NCBI RefSeq assembly: GCF_009914755.1
Contig: NC_060934.1
Length of the DNA stretch: 64,000 nt
From: the human T2T-CHM13v2.0 reference genome, Homo sapiens
Direction: 5' to 3' (one strand)
Part shown: one piece after another, positions 44,454 through 63,778 of the stretch
Numbering within the stretch: position 1 is the stretch's first letter
How the letters are laid out: each line of letters starts with the position of its first letter
Notes under the pieces: generated by a model
Databases searched by the model: none
What the model was told of the DNA's origin: nothing
The model's input: only the letters and a program-made list of their open reading frames with translations
Made by a program: the position numbers and the translations under genes

Positions 44454-45209
44454 CAACTGCCCCTTGAACAATGCATGGGTTGGAATACCACCCCCCAACT
44501 CAGTCAAAATTTTGTGTGTAACTGTTTGTTTTTTTTCTGAGATGGAGTCTTGCTCTGTTTCCGAGGCTGGAGTGAGCTGGTGCAACCTTGGCTCACTGCA
44601 ACCTCCACCTCCCAGGTTCAAGAAATTCTCCTGCCTCAGTCTCCCAAGTAATTGGGATTACGGTATGTGCCACCACAACCAGCTAAGTTTTTTGTATTTT
44701 TAGCAGAGACAGGGTTTCACCATGTTGGCCAAGCTGGTCTTGAACTCCTGACCTCAAGTGAACTGCCCCCCCTGGGCCTCTTAAAGTGCTGGGATTACAG
44801 ATGTGAGCTACCATGTCCAGCCAAAAATTTGTGTGTAACTTTTGACTCCCACAAAATATAACTAATAGCCAACTGTTATTGGTAATAGCTTTACCAATAA
44901 CATAAACAGTTAAATAACATGTATTTTGTATGTTATATGTAATCTATACTGTATTCTTACAATAAAATGAACTAGATGAAAGAGAATAACATTAAGAAAA
45001 TCATAAGGAAGAGAAAACATATTCACAATTTGTTAAATGAAGGCCTTTATCCTCAGTGTCTTCATGTTGAGTAGGCTGAGGAGGAGGAAGAGGAGGGGTT
45101 GGTCTTGCTGTCTCAGGGGTGGCAGAGGTAGAAGAAAATCGATGTATAAGTGGATCCACGTGTAAGTGGACCCACGTAGTTCAAATCTGTGTTGTTGAAG
45201 GATCAACTG
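44454..45209 (-). mobile_element. Tigger2a (MER28-type) non-autonomous DNA transposon with nested Alu
   Basis: TIR-like ends caactgccccttgaacaa / ttgttgaaggatcaactg flanked by TA. Confidence 0.8.
44525..44822 (-). mobile_element. Alu (AluS-like) inside Tigger2a
   Basis: Antisense Alu; TSD aaaattt(t)gtgtgtaact. Confidence 0.93.
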
Positions 45210-45814
45210 TAAAGAGAACAGGGAACACAACCACAACAACAGCTTAGCCAAACTGAACATGCCGCCTTGAAAAGTCTTGCAGCAAGCTGTCTCCCCCAAT
45301 ATTCTACAGTAACTACCTTTGTCCATTCCGTTTCTGTTTCTAATTTCTTGGCTTTTGTAATTACTAGTTTCATTACGCTCAGAAAGGATGGTCAGGTAGA
45401 CAGACACCTACTAAAAGTAATGCCCCAAACTAAAGGGGCTAATAAATGGTGAAGTTCTAGAAGGTAATCATTGTCACTTGTTGAGCATGAACTGTGCTCC
45501 AGACACCAGAGCAAGTGTTGTATATATTTTAACTCAATTAATCCTCACCATAGAGCATGGTTTGGGGCGTCAGACAGAGCTTGCATCCATGTCTTAGCTT
45601 TGCCATTTAACTGCTTGCACGAATGTAGAAAAGTAACTTAAATCTCTCCAGTCTCTGTTTGTTCAACTGTCATCAGGTACTGAAGAGCATCTGACAATTT
45701 CCTAAGGTAACTCTACAAGAGGGAATGATGCATGTTGAATTTCTGCATATGACATTATACCATGTATGAATTCTGTTTGCCACCAGGGCTTACCTTCACC
45801 TGCACAGTCATCTT

Positions 45815-46000
45815 TCTACCACCCCAACATGCCCAATTTCTTTAGTCTTTTTTGCATGGATCTTATTTCCAAGGCATTGAATCATCTTCACTGTCCTTTC
45901 TGAATTATGCTCGAACTCTCCATAATTCATTTTAGTTAAACTCCAAGCAAAACACAGCTCCCTAATAAGGGCCTGTCTGACATCGAGTTTAAGAGAGGGA
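45815..46000 (-). mobile_element. L3/CR1 LINE remnant (C-terminal ORF2)
   Basis: Peptide RTVKMIQCLGNKIHAKKTKEIG resembles the CR1 motif RATKMIKGLENKSYEERLKELG. Confidence 0.55.
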
Positions 46001-49000
46001 TTAGTGTGTGCATTTTGCATGCCATATACCTATACTTTAATCCCTAACCCATCGCTATGAAATAGCTTGCCCTCTATTTCAAATGGAGAAGCTGAGGCAT
46101 GAAGATTAATGGTGTATACTGACATCACACAAATCCAGCAACAATTTAGCATTCTTTGCTCTGATCCAATTTTCATTAAACACCAATACTCTGTCTCTAC
46201 TTTTTTTCTTGAAGAAACAAGAGCAACATGTTCCTTGGAAGATTAGAAGGAGAAAGATGTTGGCTTTTTGTTTTGTAAGTACATAAATGGTGTTTGAATT
46301 TTTTATATAGGTAAGGCTAGATCAGCCTTGAGCAGTTTGCTGTAAGTGCAATGATTAGAACCACATTGAAGCAAAACGAAAGTACAAATAGTGTTTTGTA
46401 TGTTAAACTATTCTGTTCAAGTTTTTGGTGAGGACTGGGTTTTCTGGTTCACTTGAGACTTTTAAACGACTATTATCAAAATAACTTAAAACAGAATCAA
46501 AGGAAATTAATTCCTTTACCATGTTATTGAAGACCATTTCGGTTGAAAAAGAAGGACAACAAATGAATAGGGCAAAGGATTCTGAGAGAATCCCTGGGTG
46601 TGCAATTCCTGAATGATAGACTGGGTCTATCTTCTGCATTCTGATATTGTCTGTGCTGCTGCATTAATGTCCATTTATGTAGTAAATACTTAGTAAAACC
46701 CTATGCCCACATTAGAGTTTATTTTGGAAGGAGGAAGATGAAAACAAAAGGTATTTCACTTCATCTACATCTAGGTTATCAGCAGAGGTCTTGGTCTTTT
46801 CCTGGTCTTATAAACATTCTATAAGACCATTCCTGGTTTTATAAACATTCTTATAAACATATAAGTATGAAGAAGATATTCCCCAAAAGAGAGTGATTTC
46901 ACCGAGACTTCAAAGAAAAGCTCTACACTTGGACATACTTTCTTCTGTGTCTCTGTCAGTGTCTTATTAATATTGTTCACCATCATCCAGGTCTCAGATA
47001 GAGGCTTGGCTTTTCCCTTTGGAAATCTGGCTTCTGGACTTTTTTTATGGCATTGCTGTCTGGAAGGCTGAGTTCTGATGGTGTTTTCTCTATGTGAGTG
47101 AAAGCAGCAGTTTCTTATTTTAGAAGAAGCATTTTTAGGGTTTCATCACATCTGTCAAAGACAAAGCCCTAGAGGTGAAATCCTTCCTCTACAAGCAAGC
47201 TCATATCTCCTCATCTCTGGTATCTCAAACTTCCCTTGGAAGATAATAAATGGCAGGTCCTTGAGAAACAGGCTTGTCCTCAGAGAAGCCCAAAGTGCTT
47301 TAAGGGTCAGTCAAAAGGCTGAAAGTTCAGCATTCAACTCCTCTGAGCACTTTGCCCTTGTGTCCAGCCTTGCAGCCCTGGTGACAGTTAACAGCCGGAT
47401 TCTTGGTGACGTGGAAACTTGATCACCACTTCAGTGCACGGGCCATCAACTATGTGACCCTGGGGTGAAAGCCTCCATGTTATGTTACCTCTCCCCCTCA
47501 GCCAGGCCATCCCCCAAAAGCACTGCTTTTCAATTTATATTTATATTGTCTTTCCCTCCTTCCTGTTCTTTCACACGAGGCAGCTGACAATGGTAATAAA
47601 TGTGGTCGTACTCAAGGATGGGGCTGTGACAGGCTCAATAAGGAGGGGACTGATTTGTTGCTTTGGGGTTGAAAGCTCAGACTTTCATGAAACAAAAATA
47701 TTATATTCAGGGTAATGATTTATGGCCTTGACTCCTGTTTGATTGCAGACCATAAATACTAGCAAACGGTACTTACGGCATCTCTAGAGGACATTAGGAA
47801 CATGCTCAAGTTTATTTTATACAGCAATTACTGATGGACTATAAGCATGGACATTATTTGAAAGACATTATTTTCTCCAAAATAAGTCTTTGTAGATGAT
47901 AATGTTCAACAATGATTTTCATACACTCCAACCCAATCCATGTGACTCGAAAGTGCTCAAAGAAATCCAATGACAGATCAACTAGTTGATGCCAATCGAT
48001 ACTCTGACAAGGATCTCATCTTTTTTGTTTTTTATCCTGTAATAAGCTTCTCAGCCTCAGATGCATGGCCTATGACTAGCATTATCCCTTCAAAATTTAG
48101 AAACCACGAAATCATCTGGTTGTAAACTTACTGCCTGGGATTGTCATAGGAACCTTGTTCAAATCTCTTTGATTTCCTCGTGTCTAATTTGTTTAGCTGT
48201 AAAGCAGGGATACCTTCTCCAGGGGATAGTATGGGCCTTAATCACATCATTTCTATTTTCCTGCCTTTTCTGATGTAGTCTCATCATTACTCTCACTCTA
48301 GAGTAGATCCTGAGTTCTCTTACCGCCTTGACTATTCCAAAGTCTTGAAGCCATGAGAATGTGATACTATTATCCCATTATAACTGAAGCCGGTACCAGC
48401 CAGAATGTAGAGGAGTGACTTATTATAAGAATGTTTCATTTATATTACAAAAAAAATTTAAATCCCAAGAGGAATTTATTTATATTCCCTGTATTTAGTG
48501 CTCAGTTTATTAATTTATTTAAAGCACTAAATTACATTTTTCTAAAACAGATTTGATCCTTATGTGGAAAAGAAAAAGACCTCTCTAAAACTTTCTATTG
48601 AGTGGTAGGAGTTGGATCCAAAAGATGCTATTTGAAATGCTATTGAAGGAAAGTCTCGCTGCAGATAGGAGAATGAATGGCTTAGGGGCTACTTTACATT
48701 CATTATTACAATTGGTAGCCACTTTTCCCTCCTTATCTTATTTGAGAGACTTCCCAGAAGATAGAAACCAATTAACTCTTTATTTTGGCAGTGATCATCC
48801 TAGGTGTTCTTTTAACGGGTATTATACTTGCTAAATTATAGATGAGCTTGCTAGTAAGACAAATGCCATTATCTGAGTTATTTATTCATGGGACATCGTC
48901 TGCAACATACCCACACTAGTTTTTCGCAAAGTTTGGTATTGATCAATTGCTTTAATCAGTTGTACCAAGGGATGCTAAAAGACTCAGCTATCACAGCTTT

Positions 49001-50232
49001 GAATATCAGCATCTCTCTCTGGGTCTCTGCCAGGCTGGGAGTGAAAACTGCAGCTATTTTCAAACTCTTAATAACAAGAACGCTAAGTAGAAGTAAATGG
49101 CTCTTTCCATTTAGATGGGTGAATGTTCATCATTACTCCGCCTTCATACCCATGAACTCATCACTTTGACAGTATCATCATATTTTTGTTTGTGCATTTT
49201 CTTCCTTTGGAATGTTAGCTGGAATGTTTGCAAACATCTAGCCTCCTGGCCTCTTTTAATGATACCCACATATCTTTTCAGATTTTGCTTTCAAAGCAGG
49301 GAACAAACTCTGCTGGTTCCTCAGAAACACATGGCCAAGATCCTCAGTAGATAATCAGCATTCTGTCTAGAGGCAATTAAAGATGATATAGTTGGGGCTG
49401 TATTTTTATTTATACTGTGTAATGAGGCTCCAAATTAAAAAAGTTATATCCTAATCTCCATTAATGTAAGGAGTTGCAGTCTTGTGAGTGCAGTGGTCCA
49501 TATTAGATGGCAAATTTGTCATTTTTACACTTTCGTTCAGTGCCAAGATTCCGCATTTCCTGAGGACAAGTGCTGATGCAAATAGCAGGAGCTCTACCCA
49601 CCTCTCTTTTCGTCCTACTGTGGAAGTGGGTTTCATTTGAGCAATAAGACATGACAGACAGCGCATTTGCGGGCAATTATGTCACACCTTGGGTGGTATC
49701 AGAAAGCATAAGGTCAAAGGATGGGGGCTTTAACTTCCTAAGAAATGCAATAATGACCCTGAAATGCACAGCTTGGGTACCTTATTACAATTGTAGGATG
49801 GAATACATTAAAATGAAGAAAACAAGGAACAAAGATGAAAGTGGGACTTGGTCGATGGGGGTATGAAATCAATGTCAGGCAATCATAAGTCTTTGTATTT
49901 GAATTTCTAAAAGCATTTCCAAATGGTTATCCCTTCATAAAGCTTTAGTACTTTCTCATGCACAATCAGACACGGATTGTCTACAAAGAGCTTCTAACCA
50001 GTTCCTCTACCTTTTTTTAATGAAGTTGGTAAGAATTGGAAGAAGAACCATTTCTTTTTGTTTGAGAAGAAAACTTTGTCAAGGCTGGTGGCTGGCATCT
50101 GCACCAGTTTTAGACAGGCCAGAGGTAAGGATGGGACAGTACCAGTTGGAGAGGATCAGAACCCTGTGGGGTAAGTAAGCACCATTGAATCACTGCTGAG
50201 AAATTCAAGGCACTCTGTATAAAGACAAGACC

Positions 50233-50999
50233 TGTGGTAGGCTGAAAAATGCACCCCTCACAAAGACATCTGTATCCTAGTCCCTGGAACCTATGAATGT
50301 TACCTTATATGACAATTAAAAAAAATAAATAAAGGGTCTTTGCGGATTGATTAAGTAATGATCTTGAGAAAGGGAGATTGCACTCAATTTCCATATGAGC
50401 CTTAAATACCATCATATTTCCTTGTAAGAGAGAGCCAGAGGCTGGGTGCAGTGACTCAGCCCTGTAATCCCAGCACTTTGGGAGGTGGAGGCAGAAGGGT
50501 TACTTGGGCCTAGGAGTTAGAGACCAGTCTGGGCAACATGGCAAAATCCCATCTCTACAAAAAATACAAAAATTAGCCAGATGTGGTGGCATGCGCCTGT
50601 TGCCTACTCGGGAGGCAGAGGTTGCAGTGAGCTGAGATCAGGCCACTGCACTCTAGCCTAGGCGACAGAGAGAGACTCCATCTTTAAAAAAAAAAAGGAG
50701 GCAGAGGAAGATTCTACACACAGACACACAGAGAAGGTGATGTGACCACGGAGGCAGAGACTAGACAGATGCCCCCACAAGCCAAGGAATGCCAGCCATC
50801 TCGAGAAGTGTGAAGAGGCAAGGAACAGATTCTCCCTTAGAGCTCAGTAGGGTGCATAGCCCTGCTGATACCTTGGTTTCAACACAGTGAAACTGCTTTT
50901 TGGACTTCTGGCCTCCAGAACTATGAGAGAGAAAGTATTTGTTATTTTAAGCCACCTAGTTTGTGGTAATGTGTTGCAGTGACCACCGGAAAGTAACGA
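50233..50999 (+). mobile_element. MLT1D-type MaLR LTR with nested Alu
   Basis: tgtggtaggctgaaaaatg...ccctggaacctatgaatgttacctta ... gacttctggcctccagaactatgagaga...ttaagccacctagtttgtggtaat. Confidence 0.85.
50440..50696 (+). mobile_element. Alu with right-arm deletion
   Basis: Alu left arm, linker and shortened right arm. Confidence 0.9.
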
Positions 51000-51861
51000 G
51001 TCCCAGTGGGCTTGGGGCTCCCGGTGTCTCAGGCCCCACCCCTCTGGGATTGTTCTTCTAGGCTACCATGTGGGTGTATTTCTACATCATGCACTGTTTT
51101 CAAAGAACCCAAAAGTAGACGATGTCTTGACTACCGTTCAGCTGCTTTCTCCCCTGCTATCATTTTCTGTGGGAACTATGAGACAGGAATTAAGCCTCAC
51201 AGACACTTCTTTTACAACCTCATGGTTTTCCTCACCCTCATCCTCCCCTGACCCAGAGAAGCAAAATCCTACTTCTTTTTCCAAGCCTAATTCTCTCAGA
51301 GAGGCTTCTCCTTGAGCCTCTGAGTTTACCTCCCTCCTCATAGTTCATCTCGTACAAACTATGACTATCAATTTTAACCCTTCTGTGCCATTTGCCACTG
51401 AGACACCTTATGTCACAGCCATCTCCCTGGTGAGGCTCTAACCTCTACCAAGGACAGAACCTTGTCACCTTTCTATCTTCCAAGGTGCCAGGACCACATT
51501 TCCCATCTTGAGATGTAATGTTTCTTTGAATAGTGATATTGCTTGATGGAAGGATACAAGAGCTGTCCAAGGAAGGTGGGCTGGTCCTGTGTTTCTGCTT
51601 CGGCCTGGAGTCTCCTACATGGTGGGAAAGTAAGAGCTTAGACAGCTCAATAGGCCCAAACTGCAAGACGTCATGCCCCAATACTTCTTACAGATGCCAA
51701 GTAAGAGACGCTGAGAGATCAAGAGACAGGCAGAAGCCGCAGGGATGGAGCAAAGTAGGGGTACGTTAAAGAGAATCCTAACTGCTCCAAGCAGAGTTGA
51801 GAACCCATAGTTTGTGTAACTCAGACAGACCACTTAAAGAAATGGGGTCAAAAAGCCATGC

Positions 51862-54255
51862 ATGAATATACCTCAGAGATACTGCAAGTGCAGTCTCAAC
51901 CTGTCCCAATAAAGCGAGTCACGTGAATTTTTTGGGTTTCCCAGTGTGTACGAAATGTATGCTTACACTGTACTGTGGTCTATTAAGTGTGCATTATCAT
52001 TATGTCTAGAAAAACAATGTACATACCTTAAAGAAAAAAATGCTTTATTGTTAAAAATGCTAATAATAATCTGAGCCTTCAACAAGTAATTATTTGCTAG
52101 TGGAGGGTCTTGCCTCGATGTTGATGGCTGTTGACTGATCAGACTGGTCATTGCTGAAGTTTGAGATGGCTGTGGCAAGTTCTTAAAATAAGACAATGGT
52201 GAAGTTTGCCACATCGATTGGCTCTTTCTTCCATGAAAGATTTCGCCGTAGCATGAGAAGCTGTTGGATAGTATTTTACCCACAGCAGAACTTTGTTTAA
52301 CATTAGAGTCAATCCTCTCATATTCTGTCTCTGCTTCTCAACTTACTTTATGGAATATTCTAAAGCCTTTGATGTAGTTTCACCAATGCTCACTGCGTCT
52401 TCACCAGGAGTACATACCATCTCAAGAAACCACTTTCTTTGCTCATCCATAAGAAACAACTTGACATCTATTCAAATTTGATTATGAAATTCCAGCAATT
52501 CAATGACATCTTCTTGCTGCATTTGTAATTCTAGCTCTCTTGATATTCCCACCACATCTGCAGTCACTTCCTCTACTCAAGTCTTGAACCCCTCAAAGTC
52601 ATCCATGAGGGTTAGAATCACCTTCTTCAAAACTCCTATTAATATTGATATTTTGATTTCCTCCTGTGAATCATGAATGTTCTTAATGGCATCTAGAATG
52701 GTGAATCTTTTCCAGAAGGTTTCCAATTTATTTTGCCCGGATTCATCAGAGGAATCACTCTCTATGGCAGCTATAGCCTTACAAAATGGATTTCTTAAAT
52801 AGTAAGACTTGAAAGTCAAAATTACTCTTTGATTCATGATCTACAGAATGGATGTTGTGTTACCCAGAATGAAAACAACGCTCATCTCCTTGTACATCTC
52901 TTCCAGAGCTCTTGAGTGATCAGGTGTATTGTCAATGAGCAATAACATTTTGAAAGGAATATTTTTTCCTGAGCAGCAGGTCTCAACAGTGGGCTTAAGA
53001 TATTTAGGAAACCATGCTGTACACAGATGTGGTATCATTCATGCTTTGTTGCTTCATTTCTAGAACATAGGCAGAGTCAATTTAGCATAATTTTAAGGGT
53101 CTTATGATTTTCAGAATGATCAATGAGCACTGGCTTTAACTCAAAGTCACCAGCTTCATTAGCCCCTAACAAGAGAGTCAGCCTGTCCTTTGAAGCTTTG
53201 AAGCCAGGCACTGACTTTTCATCTCGAGCCATGAAAGTCCTCAGTGGCATCTTCGAATAGAAGGCTGTTTTGTTTACATTGAAAATCTGCTGTTTAGTGT
53301 AGCCACCTTCATCAATGATCTTAGCTAGATCTTCTGGATAACTTGCTGCAGCTTCTCCATCAACACTTGCTGCTTTACTTCACACTTTTAGGTTATGGAG
53401 ATGGCTTCTTTCCTTAAACATAACAATCCAACTTCTGTTAGCTTCCAGCTTTTCTTCTGCAGCTTCCTGACCTCTCTCAGCCTTCATGGAATTGAAGGAG
53501 TTGAGACATTGCTCTGGATTAGGCTTTGGTTTACAGGAATGTTGTGACTGGTTTGATCTTCTATCCGGACAAATAAAACTTTCTCCATATCAGCAATAAG
53601 ACCAGTTCACTTTCTTATCCTTTGTGGGTTCACTGGAGTAGCACTTTTAATTCCCCTCAATAATTTTCCTTTGCCCTCACAACTTGGCTGTTTGTCCCAA
53701 GAGGCCTAGCTTTCAGCCTATCTCAGCTTTCCATATGCCTTCCTCACCAAGCCGAATGATTTCTGCTTTTGACTTCAAGTGAGAGATGTGTTACTCTTCC
53801 TTTCACTTGAACACTTAGAGACCACTGGAAGGTTATTATTTGGCCTAATTTCAGTATTGTTGTGTCTTCTGAAATAGACTCTAGGAGAGGAAGAGGGACA
53901 GGGAATGGCCAGTTAGTGAAGCAATCAGAACAAACAGAACATTTATCAATTAAGTGCACCATCTTAGATGGGCACAGTTTGTGGAACCCCAAAACAATTA
54001 CAATAGTAACTGACATCAAAGATCATTAATCACAGAGCACCATAACCGATACAATAATAATGAAAAAGTTTAAAATATTGGGAGAATTGCAAAAATGTGA
54101 TTCAGAGATATGAAGTGAGCACCTGCTGTTGGAAAAATGGTGCCGATCAATGTGCTGCTCAGTGCAGAGTTGTCACAAACCCTCAATTCGTAATTTTTTA
54201 ATGCAACATTTATGAAGCACTATAATGCAAAGTACGATAAAACAAGGTACGCCTG
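51862..54255 (-). mobile_element. Near full-length Tigger1 (TcMar/pogo) DNA transposon, transposase inactivated
   Basis: Right end reads CAGGCGTACCTTGTTTTAT on the minus strand next to TA; left end tatacctcagagatactgc; about 2.39 kb; transposase fragments LLIDNTPDH and [18 protein letters not shown] broken by stops. Confidence 0.92.
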
Positions 54256-54299
54256 TACCTCAGTGAACACCTAGTGTGCTGTGTTGCATGGATGGGTGG

Positions 54300-55127
54300 T
54301 CACATGTCCCTGTCTCCTTCCACATACATCCACTCATAGTGAACCCAGAATACTTCTGGGACCAGATGTGTGAGGATTTTTCCCCACACACTAAGCAATT
54401 CTTCAGTGGACACCAACTAGGTGTCCTATAATTTAATTCAATGTGACACTATCTACCTGGAAATGGTGTCAGACCCCACAGGTTAAGGGCTCAGTCTCAC
54501 AATGCTTCCCCAACTTTAGACACCAATTGCAAGGTTAGTACATTGTCGCCTGTGCTTCTGACTAACCGTCTATAAATCGGAGGTCCTACTACTCCCTCCA
54601 TGGGTTTAATTTGCTAGCATGGCTCACAGCACTCAGGGAAACACACTTACTTATGTTCACCAGTTTGTTATAAAGGATATTACACAGGATACAGATAAAC
54701 AGCTGAGGAAGAGATGGATACCGTGAGTTATGGGGGTGCACAACTTCCACCCCGTCTCTGGGGCTCCACCCTCCCAGTACCTCCCTGTATTCAGCCACTG
54801 GAAACTCACCAAATCTTGTTGTTCAAGTTTTTGTGAAGCTTGATTTCTATTTGCCCCCCACCAACCCACCAGCTATCAGTAGGTGGGGCTGACAGCTCCA
54901 ACCTTCTAATCCTCTAATCACCTTGTCTTTCTGTTGACTGGCTCCATACAGAGACTATCTAGGGGTGTCACCCTACGTAATCTCTTTACCATAAACTCAG
55001 AAAGTGATCAAGTGGCTTCATTATAAATAACAAAAATAGTCCTATCACTCAGAAGATTCCAGGGGTTTTAGGAACCCCATGTCAGGAACTGGGAACAAAG
55101 ACCAAACATATTTCGTATAATACCCCA
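54300..55127 (-). mobile_element. MER21-family LTR
   Basis: ggacaccaactaggtgtcctataatttaattcaatgtgacactatctacctgga...ggttaagggctcagtc ... gggaacaaagaccaaa. Confidence 0.75.
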
Positions 55128-55729
55128 ATGACCATTACCAATTGTCATAGCCATCCAAGGATACAGATGTATTTCATAAATAGTCCTCTTAGTGTGGCTT
55201 AGGGATAAAAGTTTGTAGACACCTGCTCCAAACTTTGAACATTGAATTTAAGGTTGGCTAACCTCAGGCACTCTGGTGTGTTATTTATAAATAATAATTC
55301 TTCACCCCCCTCGTCCTCTTATCTGTCATATGAAGAGCCCATGGGAACCCTTAGCATCAGGAATCCAACTAATTTCCATTTGATGGGAGGATACAGCTGG
55401 ACTTCCTACCCCCATACTGACATTCCTACTTGGCAGAGGCGTGACACTACCCTTATTTAGGATTCAAGAAACTTGCTATTTAAGATTTAGGAAAAATTCC
55501 TTTCTTCCAGGGACATTTCTCTTGAACATGTTTTGTTTCACATGTAATTTAGTGGTCACCTAGGGGCCAAAGAAAAACAGAGACTTTTGTCTATTTGTTT
55601 ATTTCTTAAGGCTATCATGAAAGAAAATCCACGAATAACTTGAGCTGTCAATGGAAACCTTTTTTTAGGACTAGATCTCTCCTTCACATTTAGGTAGTGA
55701 CTGGGACATTTATGGAAGAAAAATAAATA

Positions 55730-55965
55730 ATAATAATAATTATTATGATAGCTTATCATTGTTCAGCCTTTGTTCTGTGCCAAAGATACAGATGATCTCA
55801 TCTCATTCTTACAACAACCATGTGAAATTGGTGCTATGATTAATTTCAGTTTCACAGAAACTGAGGCCAGTGAGGTTAAGAAACTTCCTAAAATCACACG
55901 CAGCTAGTTAGTGTTGCAAAATCTGAACCCAAGCAATATGTCTCAGTAGCATGTGCCCTCTAGTA
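55730..55965 (-). mobile_element. MIR SINE
   Basis: cagaaactgaggccagtgaggttaagaaacttcctaaaatcacac..cagctagtta. Confidence 0.75.
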
Positions 55966-56403
55966 TATATGTGTATATATATGTATAGGATAAAAGGATT
56001 CATACTTTTGTAGCAGGTATAAATCTTAGTCTATAAACTCAGATGCTTTATTTTCCATAAATCAATGTAATATCCTCTCTAAGCCCTTTTCCCACTGGGC
56101 TGGAGGAAATAAAAGCTTGACCATTCTTGAGGTTTCTCTATCACCATCTTCAGCAGATTTGAGCAGGGCTTGGGGATCTGCCTGACATGTCAAGATATTG
56201 GATAGACTAGGCCCCTCTGTTTGATGCCTGTTGAGAGGCACATTGTCCCTGGCCACGTGATAATCTCTGTTCTGTGGGCTTCTGTACCAAGCTTGGGACC
56301 AAGAGTCTTGGGGCACTTCCCCAGGTGTATCACACACTCACCTTCCCTGAGGTCCCGCCATGGCCTCAGGGAGCAGGAGCAGATCCTCATACTCTTGGAC
56401 TAG

Positions 56404-56730
<327 letters not shown>

Positions 56731-57230
56731 TGGACTAGGGAAATCTTAATTGCTCTGAGAAAATGCAATCTCCTCTTCTTTCCTCCCTCCCTCCTTCTCT
56801 GTCTTTTACTCTCTCTTCTCTCCCCGTGAGAGAGCTGCACTTTGCACTCTTTCTTAAGCCACCGATCTTCTCAATGGACTCAGAATTTTGACAGCTTTTA
56901 CAGTAGGGAACCCTACCACAGCACGGACCTTGATACCTCTTTGAACAGGCGAAGGTCAAGGCAAAACACAGAGTGAAAGCTTCAATAAATATTTCAAAAC
57001 ACACTCTTGCCACATCACCTTTCGCTTATTTTTACAATATGCTGCACGCTTACTCACTCTCACACTCACAAACATAACTGCACAAACATCATTTCCCATT
57101 CTTTTGATGTTTAAATACTTTCCTTCTCCTATCAGATGAAGTTTATATTATCTAGGCTTTGTCTCTGACAATTCTGATGTTGTTGTTATGGAAATATGTC
57201 AAGACATTTCTTTGTAAAAATTCCCAATGA

Positions 57231-57522
<292 letters not shown>

Positions 57523-59218
57523 TTTTCCAATAAACTTTACATTATAGTGATGCCCCTGTGGTTGTGGGCAATGTATAAATGATTTGACTAATTTTTTCCC
57601 ATATGTCAATTCAACCCTCAATATTTTCCAAATTTATCTTAGAATTTATATTTAAATTTATGAATTATCTTGAAAGACCTGATTGTTTGGAATCTACCCT
57701 CATCTATTCTACTTATTTGAATCTTTAGAAAGATTATTAAAGGAATATTTAAGTGTGTTGTTTCATGGAAATTAGGAATACCGAGTTATAATGTAAATAT
57801 ATTCATTCAGAAACTGGGGTGGGGGTCGGGGGGGAAGTCCTCAGGGAAGATACAGTATTCACTATTGACGTTGGTTTAATATTGCTTTGTACAGTTGTTT
57901 AATATGTACGTTGTTTGTATTTTATCTTGTATATATCTCTCCACCACACATTAATCCTTGGACTGTTAGTACATACAGAACACATGTCGGGATGCTTTCT
58001 CAGTGGACCTCATCTTCAGGGATCATTTTATTTCCACAGTTTAGTGCCTCCTTACTAGAATAGAGAACTCCATAATTTTTTCTAAAGATTCTATCAGTCT
58101 TGATCCAATGTGCTAGGTGATAAATGACTGAACGCTGGCCCCGGAGGGGAAGTTAGCAATGAGTCATGCTGTCTCCTAGTAACCAGTCAGTAAATAGCTT
58201 CCAGCAAATATTTTAAACCTCAAAGCACACTTACCTTTGGTATTATCCTTAGACAGACTAACCTCATCTATATCTGCACTCTCATCTCTCTTTCAGAACT
58301 TCTAAGAAAGGAGAAAAAGTGGGATCGGGTTTGCATATGACGTCACCCCCTTGAAAACCCACATGAAAACATTCCTACCCCAGGGAGTCTGTCTCAACAA
58401 ACCTTTTCCTTGATTTGTTTCTCTGTATTTTGCTTGCCCTCAAATGTTATGAAGCCATGTATACTCCACGTAATTTTCATTTGTTTGTTTCTAGATAGGC
58501 CCTTCTATGTAACTATTCAATGAGTCCATACTGATGTGTGATTTCAGAGTTTAGCATGGAGGTCAGCACACGATCAGAACAGAAAGCGACACTCAAGCAC
58601 CCTGCTCACACATCCCACCAATGACACTGTTTCAGACTAATTAATTTACATGTGTAAAGGTTATTTAAAACATAAATCCTCCCTAAGTGAGAGGTGGGAA
58701 AGGGGAGAATTAAGCCTATTAATCTTGTTCACCTTATCCCCACGTAAGACTGTTTTCTTTAGACATTTAGGGTCAGACTCTGTAGCATGGGAGTCCTTAT
58801 TAGGGATATGGAAAAAAACACGAGAGTTCGTTTTGGAGCATGGAACATCAAAAGATGTGTCTATGTAAATGAATGCAAAAGGCTACTTTAGATGGACAGA
58901 GAGCAGCAAGAGAGCTCCAGACTTTAGCAAAGGAGGGATGCAAAGAGAAATAACTAGGAAGGGAAGATGAGTAGCAGGAACCAAGGTCACTGTGAACCCT
59001 CTTAGCCTAACTCTAAGGTACGGCTGCAAGTCTCTGAATTAAACTGTGAGCCTTTTAAAGATGTGATTTCTTCTGTTTCCTTGTTTTCCTCTAAAACTCT
59101 ATACAGAGTAAGTGTGCAGCAAATGTTTGCTGAACAAATACACTTCCATTTTAGGTAAAAAGTATAGATGGTCCCTAGACAGAAAATAAAGCACTAAGAC
59201 TGTTTGGCAGGGTTATAA

Positions 59219-63739
<4,521 letters not shown>

Positions 63740-63778
63740 TCATTAGTTGATGCAGTTTCTTCCTAGTCTCGATGGTCT

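Noticed and set aside
52577-53038. Domesticated Tigger transposase gene (TIGD1-like)
   Set aside because: The frame is broken by multiple stops and frameshifts; an ordinary fossil
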